From Vicugna vicugna (Eukaryota): a DNA stretch of 64,000 nt. Position numbers and translations under genes: made by a program. The DNA lies in assembly GCA_013265495.1 (NCBI GenBank), contig MU058337.1, forward strand, positions 6,058,716 through 6,122,715. The letters are read 5' to 3'. How positions within the stretch are numbered: position 1 is the stretch's first letter; every line of letters starts with the position of its first letter. Under the pieces are notes generated by a model that worked only from the letters and a program-made list of their open reading frames with translations, was not told where the DNA came from and did no database searches. Below are positions 28,109-40,390 of this stretch, piece by piece.

Positions 28109-28469
28109 ACAGATCCTATCCTCAGCTTAGTTTACTGTTAAACCTATCTAAAGTCCTTATTTTCATACATTTGCAGTTACAGAATTTTTATTTATTTTTT
28201 TATAGACTTAAATTCTCTGGTAAAATTCTCTAAATCCTTATCTATTTTCTCATTTTTCTCACATTTCTTTAACATATTAATCATAGTTATTTTACAGTTT
28301 TTTCAGCCAATTTCAGTATCTAGAGCACAGGTGGATCTATTTCTATTGTCTGTTTTACTTTTTCTCTCGGTTTTTAGTTATGTGTTCCTCTCTTCTAGTG
28401 TGTCAAATATGCACTCAGTAACAGATAACATATATACAATGGTTATGTGTGTAAAATTTATCTCCTAGA

Positions 28470-30900
28470 ACATTATTCATCCAACAAATATTTAGTTAGC
28501 ATAGACTATGCCAGGGATCATGTGCATGTGATATATTAAAAAGCAGAGTATAACCTTTGCCAGCAAGGAACTTTCTATCCAGAAGCAGACATTCAATTCA
28601 TTACTAAAATGGCCTAAAGATCCTATAAAATCTGAGCTCCCTACTCTACAACTTACCTCTATTACCTCATTTGTGACTTCTCTCTCCCTTGATCACTCCA
28701 GCCACAAGATTCCTTTTTGTTTGTTCAACATCAAATACAATCTAAACCTCACCACCTCAGCACTTATTAACTGTTTCTGCCTGGTATGCCCTGTTCTTCT
28801 CCCTGATACCCACATGCTTGCCCTGTCACCTCTTTAGGTAGTTTGCTAAACCTCTTTAAAATTATGACTAGACCCCACCTTTCAGCATTCCCTTTCCCTA
28901 TTCCCTGTCTTATGTTACATTTCTTATTTTATTTTATTAGTTTATCATCAGTCTCCTTCTTCCATAGCATAAGCTCAATAAAGGCAGGAATTTTTTTTTT
29001 GTTTTGGTCTGTTTTGATCACTACTCTATCCACAGCACTTCAAACAACGTTGGACAAATAGTGTACATTTGTTAAATACTTACTGAATAGATGAGTGAAC
29101 AGATGACTTTCAGTGTGACAAGTGAAGTGAGGGTATTAAGGAAAATACAATACAGAGCCTAATCTAACATAAACAGTCAAGGAACTGTAGTGAGAAATGT
29201 AGGTTTACGCCAAGACCTAAACAATGAGTAGAAGACAGTCAGGAATGAAGACAGAAGCAGAATCAACACACATGTCAGAATTAAGAATAGAAGTTTTGAA
29301 AAATCTTCAAGATGTCATACATGGTTGGAACAACCACTGTAAAGGGTAAACTGGCACAATATCAGTTTCAAGAGAGAAAGAAAGCCAGCTATTTAAAGAA
29401 TTTAAATGAATGTAATTCAGGAGTTTTTAAACACAGGCATATTGTCAAATCTGGATTTTTGAAACATCACTCAAGCTGCAGTGTTGAAAATTAATTGGAT
29501 GAGACCAAGACTGGCAACAAGGGGAGGAATCAGAAGGTTGATGAAGTAATCTGATTTCCATGATGTTAGCTGGAACTTGGTCTTGGCATGAGGTAAAAAA
29601 GAAGTAAAGATTAGAACGAAATTTAAGTGAATTCTCTGTAACAGTATTTATCAAGAACGTCTCCAAGTTTCTAGCTTGTGAAATGGTATGGAAAATGTAG
29701 GCACTTTCTCAGAGAAGAAAGAATGAGAAATGAGAAGATTACAGCAGGAGTCAGCCAACTTCTTCTGAATGGGCCAGGGAGTAAATCTTTCAGGCTTTGT
29801 GAGCCATGCGGTCTCTGACACAGTTATTACTCAGCTCAGCCATTATGGTGGGAAAGCAGTCAGACAATATGTAAGGGGAAGAGCATGGCTGTGTTCCAGT
29901 AAAACTTTAGTTACAAAAACAGGAGTACCTGGAGCCACGGAGTGCCAATCTCCGGCTAAAGAGAAAATGATGAGTCCAGTTTTCAACCTGTTACTGTCAA
30001 GATGCCTCAAGGTCATCAGGTGGAGCTGTTTACGAAGCAACTGGATATGCAGTTCTGAGCAGGTATCTAGAGCAGATACATAGGCATGGAATTTGAAGCT
30101 ATAAAAATAAGATTGCCTAGAGTGAGCCTGTACAGAAAGGGATAATGTCCTACTCAGAATCCAGAAGAAAACCAACATTTAAGGGACAAAGTTAGGAAGA
30201 AGCTGCATTCAAACAAGCCAAAAATACAAAAACAAAACTAGAACTGAGTATTGTGCCAGAAATGGATATTTCAAGAAGAAAAGAGTAACCAAGAGACTCA
30301 AATGCTTTGAAGAGACTGAGGTAAGACCAGGATTAAAAATGACACCTCGGATTTAATGAGAGGGAGAGGTTGCTAGCAGGCTTTACAAGAGAAATTTCAC
30401 TGGGAATGAGGAAAGAAGCCAGACTGAAGCAGACTAAAGATAAGGTGAAAAGTGTAGAAATGAAAGCAAGTGAGGGCAATTCTTCTAAGACATTTGGCTG
30501 TGAAAGGAAAGAGAGAACTGAGGTGGCAGCTGTGGACTGACAAGAGGTTATTGTGCTCTTTGAAGAGGAAGAACATCTATTTCTTTCTGCTAAACTGGAA
30601 GCACTATAATGTGAGGAATCATGGTATCGTGTTTATCACCATTCACTTCCCACTTAGCTCAGTGATCAGTACTTTTTTAACTGATTGAGCGCTTTCAATA
30701 GCAATGATAACAGAAAGGGGCTAAAAGACAAAGAGTTTTAAGACACAGAAGAAAGAAAAGATAATCAGTGACGACTATACTATAAAGGGTACATCTAGGG
30801 CATAAGAAGTGGCTTTACAGAGGATAGGGAATAGCTCTTCCTTGTAAGAGAGAGAAGAGAAAAACGGATGAATACATATTAAGGTTAATACAGGTAAATA
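28470..30900. mobile_element. Nested L2 fragments in both orientations
   Basis: ttcatccaacaaatatttagttagc (minus end), ttgttaaatacttactgaatagatgagtgaac (plus end ~29100), gagaaatttcactgg...gaagccagactgaagc, ttggctgtgaaaggaaagagagaa. Confidence 0.7.
29745..29955 (+). mobile_element. MER58A-like hAT-Charlie MITE inserted in L2
   Basis: caggagtcagccaact...gggccagggagtaaatctttcaggctttgtgagcca...gagcatggctgtgttccagtaaaacttta...tgccaatctccg, with degenerate TIRs. Confidence 0.85.
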
Positions 30901-30924
30901 TGGGCAAGAATCTGAGGGTATTTA

Positions 30925-31023
30925 TTAACCAGGGGCCAGGCTTGCTGACGATCCTGTAATACATGAAATAATCTTGCACAATGAAGAATTGCTCAGCCCA
31001 AAAAGTAACAATAAGAAACACTG
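30925..31023 (+). mobile_element. hAT-Charlie MITE end (MER20-like)
   Basis: cacaatgaagaattgctcagcccaaaa...agaaacactg terminus. Confidence 0.55.
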
Positions 31024-31577
31024 AGATGCAGAGTTCTTGCAGACTAACTCAAATCACAAGGTTAAAGGCTACACAGGGAGTCTCTTCTAATAAAAAAAAA
31101 AAGTCATTTTCCTCTGGTGGGGAGGTGGGGTGGCGTAGAGAGGGAAGGAGACACATACTCTAATTTCTGCATTTCTTCCTTAGAAGGCTTCAGCTGCAGA
31201 AGCTTGTTGGTTGAGGAGTTATGTTTGGGATCTACAGTGACCCACAGATACACCACTTTCTACAAAACACATGTTTACAACTTACATTTTATGCACCTGG
31301 ACAGAAGCTCACCATAAAGACACAAAGAGAACATAATGTTTCAAACAATTAAATATATGCCACCATTAAATGAAATCCACAGATTTAAGAGTACATTTTT
31401 ATATCACCAAGTTTTTTCCTATGAAACTAAAAGTCAACATTAATTATTAAATATAATGCTTAAGTGGCTTCTTGCTCTTTTTAACCCATGCCACTCAAAA
31501 TAATCCAAGTGTAAACAACAATGATTTTTTTTAACCTACACGTGTATTTGAAAAAGCAGTAACTGCATTTAATTTTA

Positions 31578-31775
<198 letters not shown>

Positions 31776-34700
31776 CTATGGAGAAATAAAAGCAGAAATT
31801 TATAACAAAAACATTACAGTGCCTAATACAGAGTCACAATTTTATAAAAAGAAAAACCCATATGCATATTTACTAATTACTCACAGACCAAAAACAATTT
31901 AAAAGCGAGCATTTGAGCCAATATATTAAAATATATAATACTGTATTGCATATAGTATGCGTGCACAAATACATATGAAAGTCAGGTCAAAGAAAAGTAA
32001 AAGTAATGAAGAACTCCTACTTGATATTAACAGTATTCTTTGGAAAAATACCTTCTATGGTGTTAACTCCCGTGCCACTCAATTAAGCAGTAAGTTCAAC
32101 TTTAAAATGCCATTTAAATCTTTGTATTCTCATTATACTGCACCACAGTGCCTAGTTTAACACAAATATCCATTTTCATTGAACTCCAACTTTGTGCCAG
32201 GCTTTGAGCTAAACGCAAGGGATAAAACATGGATGAAAATCACAGAATATAACTAATTCAAGGGAACATGAACACATCAACAGTACTTCAGAGAAACATA
32301 CAAAATAAAGTACAGCTGTTTACATCCTTGTGACTGTAAGAAACAAATAGAGAATGCCGTGGGAATTTACCAGGTAGAGTTATGGTTTCAATAAAAACTA
32401 CTCCGTATAAAACACATTTAGTTCCCCAGCAATGGGTCCACCTCTCTGTATATTAATAAAATAAACAAAATACTAATTAGGGACACAACAAAATACGATG
32501 TAATTAGTACCACTGTAGGACATGGTCTAGAGAAGTGAAGGAGGAGTTTATTGAGGTAAAGGATGAGGTCACGAGGTAAAGAACTGAGATTAACTATGAA
32601 AAAGGGAAAATCAGATTGAATGCAGGGCATCATCAGAGTAAGGTGCCTAATTGTTGATTCTCCCATGACCTTTGGTCGGGGTTGGAATAAAGAATAAATC
32701 ATGTATTGTACATCTTATATTCTATCTACTGGCCCTGCTGCCTGAAAGGACTCCTGGCTTAGGAAAGGAGCTTCATTCTTCTGATGAGAAAATTATCCAG
32801 AGTAACTACTGTAGTGTGTTACTTGGATTGCTCTCAGCCATTATGGCCCAAGAGGATTAAACCCATCCAGGGCAGGAGGTGGATGTAGAACAGGGAATCA
32901 AAAAAAAAGAATATGTGAGGAGACAAATATTTGGGAGATATGACTTCAACTCCACACACACTGAGTTGAGATGCCTGTAGAATAGTCAAGTACCCATGTT
33001 CAGGAGACAGACAGAGAGGTCTAGGGGTCTTAAGTCCAGGTTGAGATAGGCATTCTTAAAGGCATCAAATATAGGAAAGAATTAAAAGTTGCAGATGAAA
33101 TCATTCAGATACACCGTATAGAAAAGCCAATGCCTTTAATGGATGTATACTTCCCCTGCTGTCCAAAAGCAAGGCAGAAGAAAGGGTAATTTTTAGATCC
33201 TGAATTTAAAGCTCCCTTTTCTTTGTGTGACAAGGGAGATAATAACCACCTTGCAAGTTTGACTGAAGGACTGAATAAAACAATAACATAAAATACCAAG
33301 CTGAGTGGCACAACTGTTAGTTCTTATCCCTTATCCGGAAGTCCTGATAGAAAGAAAACACTAATAGTAAGATAGCTAGGTCCACAGGACCCCAAAATAC
33401 ATTATAGAGACCCAAATTACCAGTGTTACAAATAGCAGAATGCTAAATAAGAAACCTCTTCAGCCATAACAAATGCATACAAAGTACCTCTCCATTAAAT
33501 GTTTGTAGGTAGTTTTAACAGAACCTTGTTCTATTTTTTAAAAAAATTATGTGAAACCCCCAAAATGTAAAGCACATAAAAAGTGGAACTGCTCCGTAAG
33601 AGGAGAAAATGGTCGCATGACTACATCTCCACACATTCTGTGCCTCGAGCTGGATAAACTAATCATTTCGGATCAGAGCAACAATCATCCACATTTCTCT
33701 TCATCCCAAACCTACAACCCAGTAAACACTGAGTAAAGTCAAGAGGAAACAATTATGTTTCAACTATCAATTGTCTTTCCATATTCTCATTTTACTTGCT
33801 AAGATGGACGAATTTTTATTATAAATGCTGTTTTAAATACCACTATGCCAGGCAGATGTAATCAAGCAATCAGAATACCCACACGAAGAGTTGAAGGAAT
33901 AACATAAATGAGAACATCCAAAGTACATTATGATTACACAGTACAACTTCTCATTAAGAAGGGCCCAGCAACCAGGAACCACTGATTAACCAGACTTTCC
34001 CAGGCATCCTAATTTGAGGAAAATTACTCACCCTAAAAAGCAAAATCACCAAGAAAAAAAGCTCACGTTAAGTATTTAGTGACTATTCTTTCTCCCATCC
34101 AACACAAAGGAAAATAGCCAGTAGTATGCTGAGTAACTACTCAAACAGATGTTTCAATGAACTAACTTCCTTTCTATCTCTATGTTTTGGTAGGACTCCC
34201 GGGGTTAGCCTTTAAATGTAATCGAAGTAAACTGAGAAAGCAGTATGCTAGCTCCTGATTCCCATAATTCTTTGACCAGAAAAACAAGGATAAGACACTG
34301 TGGCAACTGCAAAGTGATGAAGCAAGTTTTAAAAGTCTGAGTTCTTGACCAGAGTCATTTGTGTGATTTAGAACTTAAGGCCAAAATTTGTCCACTAATA
34401 ACCTTTCAATACTTAACTGTTAACCCTGTATCTTTTGTTATCAGTTTCTCTAAATCACTAGTAAGTCTCTTCGACATGCGATAGCAATAAAATTTACTTC
34501 TAAAAACATGCTTTTTAAGGATCTTGTAAATTTACCATGAATGATAAACATAATACCTGAATGCAGATAAATGTCTTACAATCATGAAAAAAGTGGGCAT
34601 TTTTTCATCATCATTGGAAAACACTTTAATAGTGATACCTAGGAAGGAAATTACAAAAAGCTGAAATCATTGCTCTAAGATTTATCTTCTAAATTGGTTG

Positions 34701-35379
34701 AGTTTGAGCAGAATGTTAGGGAAACAGAGATTTAATTTAAAATAGGTTTTATACTGCAAATGAAGGACAGGAATTAATCATCATCTGTAAAAACTGAAAG
34801 GTATGATACATAATTCATTCTTAGAAATACCATGACAGTAAATTGCTATACTATGAACTCAGATTTTTTTTTAAATGTATACACTTTAGGCTCACAAAGA
34901 ATTACTACTTGTATAACTTACTGTAAAACCAGGGTAAGAAAGACTAAAGACATAGCCATGGAAAAACTGCTGAACTACCCTAAGGACCTAGATTCTGGAC
35001 TGTAATTTTTATTCCCTGCTAAAAGAAAATTAATTTCTGGTAAAAAGTCCCATTTGCAGGATTGGTGCAGAGAAGTTAGGGCATAAGATTAAAAAGCTGA
35101 GTCAGGGAGAAAGCTTTCAAAAATTAATATAGTTATCTCAAAAGTACATATTAGTAGACAGAAATGGCTACCACTGACTGTGACAGTAACATCAAAAAGA
35201 ATAACAGAGAGATGACGAGGTCAATTCATCTTTTCCAGACCTCAGAATAAACCTCTTCCTGCTATCTCTGTTCAAGTATTTGAACTTCTTAGACATGTAT
35301 CACTGATTTTAAATAATACATAGCTCTTTAAAAAGCAATGCAGAAGAAAACCAATTTCACATAAAACTAAGCAAAATAA

Positions 35380-38300
35380 AAGTATCAAGGTAAAATCCCA
35401 TACACTGCTTTCATAAGAAAAAAATGAAGACTAGAATAATACCCATGGAGAAAAAAAAACATGAGGAAGGCATGCTAACATAGCCGATCAAAACTGTTAC
35501 TATTTCAAAAGAAACTAAAAGACACTTTAAAATAATAGAACACATGAAATAACATAAATCAGAATTAGAAATGCTCAGAAATGAGGTGACAGACCTAAAG
35601 ATAGAATTAGAAATGCAAAGAAAGTACTTTCAGAAATGATGACTAGAGGGAAAATAAAAGTGATTAAAGAAAACAAATAATGCCTTACAAGAAATAGAAA
35701 GTCAAAGGAAGAAACTTTTTAAAGTTTAAATAGAAAAAAATTTTTTTTTAATTTTAAAGATGGAGGAGAAAATGACAAATACTGGAAATAAACAAAGAAT
35801 ATTCAATATATGGATAACAGGAGTCTTTGGGGAAAAAAACTAAAACAAACAAAAAATACTAAAAACCATAACTCAAGCAAACTTTCTTAAAATTGAAAGT
35901 ATATATCAAATATACTAGAGCATACCTGAGAAATTCAACCCAGAATAAATACCATGATACATTCTAGCAATACTACTTAAGAAAAAGAAAAAAAAGATAG
36001 GGGGAAAAAAGGAATATGTGACATACAAAAGAGAAGTTTAAATCATCACCAGACTTTGACAGCAACAATTCATGCCAAAAGAAAATAGAGTAACGCACTC
36101 CACTGAATTAGATATTCAAGAAAAGAAAATATGAGCCAAGGATTTTAAATCCAACAAAACTGACTTCCAAGCTTAAAGGGCAGAGAAAATGTAACAAGCA
36201 AGAACACATGACCTCCTTCTGAGGAATCAGAACATAGGTTTGCAAACTATAGTCTTTAGGCCAAATCTGGCCTGCAACCTGTTTTCTGTAGTCTACGATC
36301 TAAGAATCGATTTTATATTTTTACTTGTTTGGGAAAAAATGTTTAAGAATATTGTATCATGACACATGAAAATGAAATGAAGACAGTTTTACTGGAAGAC
36401 AGCCATGCTCATTAGTCTGCACATAGGGCTGCCTTCTCACGCCCATCACGAGACTGGGCACTTGTGAGGGATCAAGTGCCCTGTAAAGCCACAAATGTTT
36501 GCTATCTGGCTCTTTCCAGAAAAGGTTTGCCCACTCCTATAGTGGAGAACAGCTTCAGGAAACCAAAATGACTACAGAGAGACCAGCTTAAAGGATCTAT
36601 AGTTACCTGCAGAACCAAAACTAAATGAAGGCTAAGGAGAGAGTATAGCACATATAATGGCTATATTTTCTGACACTATAGGAGCAGTATAACTATTTTG
36701 CAAAGTGGGGGAAAAATAAGTAGATGAAGTATAAAATTTTTTAATGTTTTCAGTAGTTGTATTGGTGTTAATATTGTTATCCTTTGCTGTGTGTGTATTA
36801 CTGACTAGACAAGTAATTATGAGGCATTTTAATTGTACCATTTCTCCTATCCCTGAAAGTCAGAATTCTAAATATGGAAAAATAAAGACATAAGGTAACA
36901 AAGAAGTTAATAAAAAGTTCTTTAATCTTGAATTTTAATTGAAAGTATCACTATGAACATAGTAGGTATTTTTATCTCACATAAAATATAGACTATAATT
37001 ATAGTTTGATATCATGCTATATATAGATATTATAAAAATGATATATATTTTATAGATACAGGTGTTTATAACACCTATGTTATAAGTTAGGTATTATATA
37101 ATACCTAATATATAATGCTTATTAATTATACAATACCTGTTATATAATATTTAATAATATATATTTTTGTTATATATTAAATTTATATTATATATATATC
37201 CTATCTTGGGGCTGGGGTTAACTTTACATCTAAATACACATACATTAAATATATCAACATGTTATATATTCCATTAATATAACACATGGAATGCATGTAA
37301 TAAACATATATAACATGAAACATAAGTTAAAAACCTGTTAATACACATACTTTATTTCCTAGACCCATAAAAAAGGCCTTGAAACAACAACCATCAGTAG
37401 CAATGACCATGTCTGACACCACAACTGTGATCTCCAAATATCATTAAAAGTAACCAATGCTTCTTAAAAAGATGGCTGATTAAAGGCCTGGAGCTAGAAA
37501 TCTAAAACATGAACTCAGAATATCTTGTCAGGTCAGACAGCAAGAATGCTATAAAAGATTATAAGGGTCAAGTCAACAAGATCATGAGCCAATTCAGGCC
37601 CCTCAGCCAAAGAGGGACAACTTGAGCCTCACTAATAATTTCAACAGATTTAAACCTACAAAATATGTTTAAATCTATGACTCCATAATGATACTTCTAA
37701 AAAGAACTGGTTAACTCTGAAGGAGAAAAAACCAACTCAATACCTCAAAAACTAGTAAATACAGATAAAGAATTATGCACTTAATTTGTTCTTCCTATAC
37801 AAATTATATCACTAAGAAACAAAACAATAGATGAGGGGAAGAGTCTCTTTATAAATATACAATTAATTAATGAAGAAGATGTTAGAATTAAAATATCACC
37901 ATTTTGTAATCTCGTGAAGTAGTAGCTATAGGCAGTAAGCATCAAAGGCTGCTTAGATCTTAAAAAGCGCTAACAAGACACGTGCCTCCTATAGTCTTGA
38001 TTAAAGGAATCAAAACCTAAGTTTCTGATCCTATCTCTGAATCCAGGTTGCCAATCAGTAGGAAATGCTAAGAATGGAGGAAAACATTGAACTGCACCCT
38101 GACTATGCAATCAACTAAGTCTTGACTGAGAGAAACTCTCCAGGTCAAACAGCCCACGGTTCTTGAATAGATAAATTGTAAAGAAAACAAAGGCATGCAA
38201 GGAGAACCTATGGATTAAGAGATATTTAGAAAACATATCAAAGTTGAAAATAAATGGGCATGACAAACCATAGTGTCTAGGGATGCATATTTGGACAACA

Positions 38301-38535
38301 AAATTACTTTAAAATGCAACAAAATGATTCCTGTAAAAGTCAAAGTAGTGGGTCCATATAGGAAGAGATCAGAGGTTAGGGCTGAGAAGGGTCACATGGA
38401 TAGGCCCTCTAGGAGTCAGGACAAATGTCTAATGTCTGGATCATGAGATGATTATAAGATTATTCACCTTAAGTAACCCACATATCCGTTTTGTGCAGTT
38501 TTTTCTGTACCTATCTTTTATTTTACAAAAAAAAT
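35380..38535 (+). mobile_element. Old L1 (L1MC-like): ORF1-like segment plus long 3' UTR, ending in an A-rich tail
   Basis: ORF1-like caatatatggataacaggagtc, catgatacattctag, gagccaaggattttaaatccaacaaaactgactt; 3' part atagtgtctagggatgcatatttgg...ttttattttacaaaaaaaa. Confidence 0.7.
36233..36539 (+). mobile_element. MER58B-like hAT-Charlie MITE inserted into L1
   Basis: cataggtttgcaaactatag..ggccaaatctggcctgc...acagccatgctcatt...ctatctggctctttccagaaaaggtttgcccactcct; TIR pair gcaaac/gtttgc. Confidence 0.85.
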
Positions 38536-38569
38536 TTGAAAACACTTTCAGAGTAGCCACCAGCTTGCA

Positions 38570-40390
38570 GGAGCAAAACTAAAACCTAGACCAGGAGCAG
38601 CTGCAGCAGCACCTACAGCCAGTGAGGTGTTTCTCAGGCCAGTATGCTAACCTCTTCAAGGGCCTTTTTGGCTTTAAAATAAGAAAGAAAAAAGTACATT
38701 CCCATGTTTGGCTGGGATGCGTCAGTCGTCCATTATTTTGTATAAAGTGAAGATGGTCAAATAGTAACACCTACTGCCACGATAGGTTAAATGTGAAAAA
38801 TATAAAATACAAAAACATCACCTTTGCTGGCTGACATGGACAGCCTTCAGCCTCTGCAGCATCACTACTTCCAAAACACTCAGATTGTGCTCTTTGTGGG
38901 AGGTCCAAGAAGAGTTTACAAGGATGGTGGTGGAAAAGTTGATCAGGACTGACTGTCGTTGATCTGACTACCATTTGCAAAGAAAAAGGATCTTCCCAAT
39001 GCCATGAGTGCTGCTGAAATCATAGATGAGCTGGGGCTGCATTCTCTGAGCAACAGAAACTGTTCCATCAAGTTACCTGTACCAGCAGTGGAGGAGGACT
39101 GTATAAAGGACCACAGGTGGTCCAATTTGTGATGAAACCAGAGATCAACAGGAAAAGTTCTCCTCCTGCATACCTCCTCTTCCTCTCACTACTTCCACTT
39201 AACCTGCCTGTGGCAAACTGGGCTTACGGTGTGTTGAGTGTCAAAAGCTGTATTTCATTATGTGTTTGATCACAGAGTATTACACTATGTTGTAAATGTG
39301 ACAGATACAACCAGCAAACTGATTTATATTTAATGTAAACAGTTTTTGCTTCCAATGAGATCATTTCTGGTACTTGTAATATTACTTAGCCTCTTTTTTT
39401 TTTAAGTTAAAAACAAACAATTTAGTTCAGTAACAAGAAGGAATTTTAGGCAAGCTGGCACTTGGGCTCTACAGAGTTACAGTGTAAAAGAGGGAAGGCT
39501 CCTCCTCCCTGCTTATGACATATTTGTTGAAACCTGTTTTGCTAGTTAGTTTTTCACCTACACTTAATATACTTTTAAAAATATTCATTAAAAATAAAAG
39601 ACAAGAAAATGTGAATATACAGATGGGGAAAACGTTCCTAGTGTAGTTTTCGTGGTAATCAGTAGATACCAGTCGGCTGAGTCTTTGGGTACAAGGTACA
39701 GATGAGCACTTACTGGAGGCCCCCAGCTGTGCAGTGTGCAGGATTAGAGAAGACTCAAATACGAATCCTAATTCATTTTCCCCAACACTGACTGTGGGGC
39801 ATCAGTACAGGGAGATGCAGAACAATCCTAGAAGGGGCCATCAGCCTCCAGCCCCCTACATTTATAGGAGTCATTTTCTTTAACTGCTAGTCAGTTCATT
39901 GCAAATTAAGAACCAATTTATGTGACTCAGTAGGGTAAGAACATTAAGGAGTTTTACTGTTACGGGGGATGGGTGGTGGAGGAGGGACAAAGGTTCTTTA
40001 AAATTCTAAATACAAACTTACAAACCAACACAGTTTTTCAATTTGTATGGGATAATAATTGCAGGATCAACTGAAATCTAATGACATACTCACAAACTGT
40101 ATTTAACTTAGGGTACACTGTATATGCTGTGACTTAGTTTAACCAAAGGAACCCCTGTCTTTCTCTTTCAATATTACTACTATCTGGATTTCATTCAGTC
40201 TAATGTGTATTTTGTATTAAGTGTCTACTTGGCACAATGTGCTCAAGTAATATTACTTCCAGATGATAGTCATGTACAATATTTAGTTAGGGAAATTGAA
40301 TAGTGGTAACTTTCCACACTGTAACAATTGGCAGAAGTCAGGTTTTCTACTTAAAGAATTTGGTTAAATATAAAACCTTGTTTTTCACGC
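38570..40390 (+). pseudogene. ARF1 (pseudogene): Processed (intronless) ARF1-like pseudogene: 5'UTR, decayed CDS ~38646-39147, and 3'UTR; 3' boundary uncertain
   Basis: Collinear fragments ANLFKGLFG (38646), [75 protein letters not shown] and SNL**NQR match ARF1 (ANLFKGLFG...TILYKLKL...HYFQNTQ...[32 protein letters not shown]...SNQLRNQK). There are frameshifts and stops, and no introns. The downstream tgtggcaaac...tttaatgtaaacagtttttgcttccaatgag resembles the ARF1 3'UTR as I recall it. Confidence 0.9.

Noticed and set aside
38579..39125. Three minus-strand ORFs
   Set aside because: They are antisense readings of the ARF1 pseudogene.
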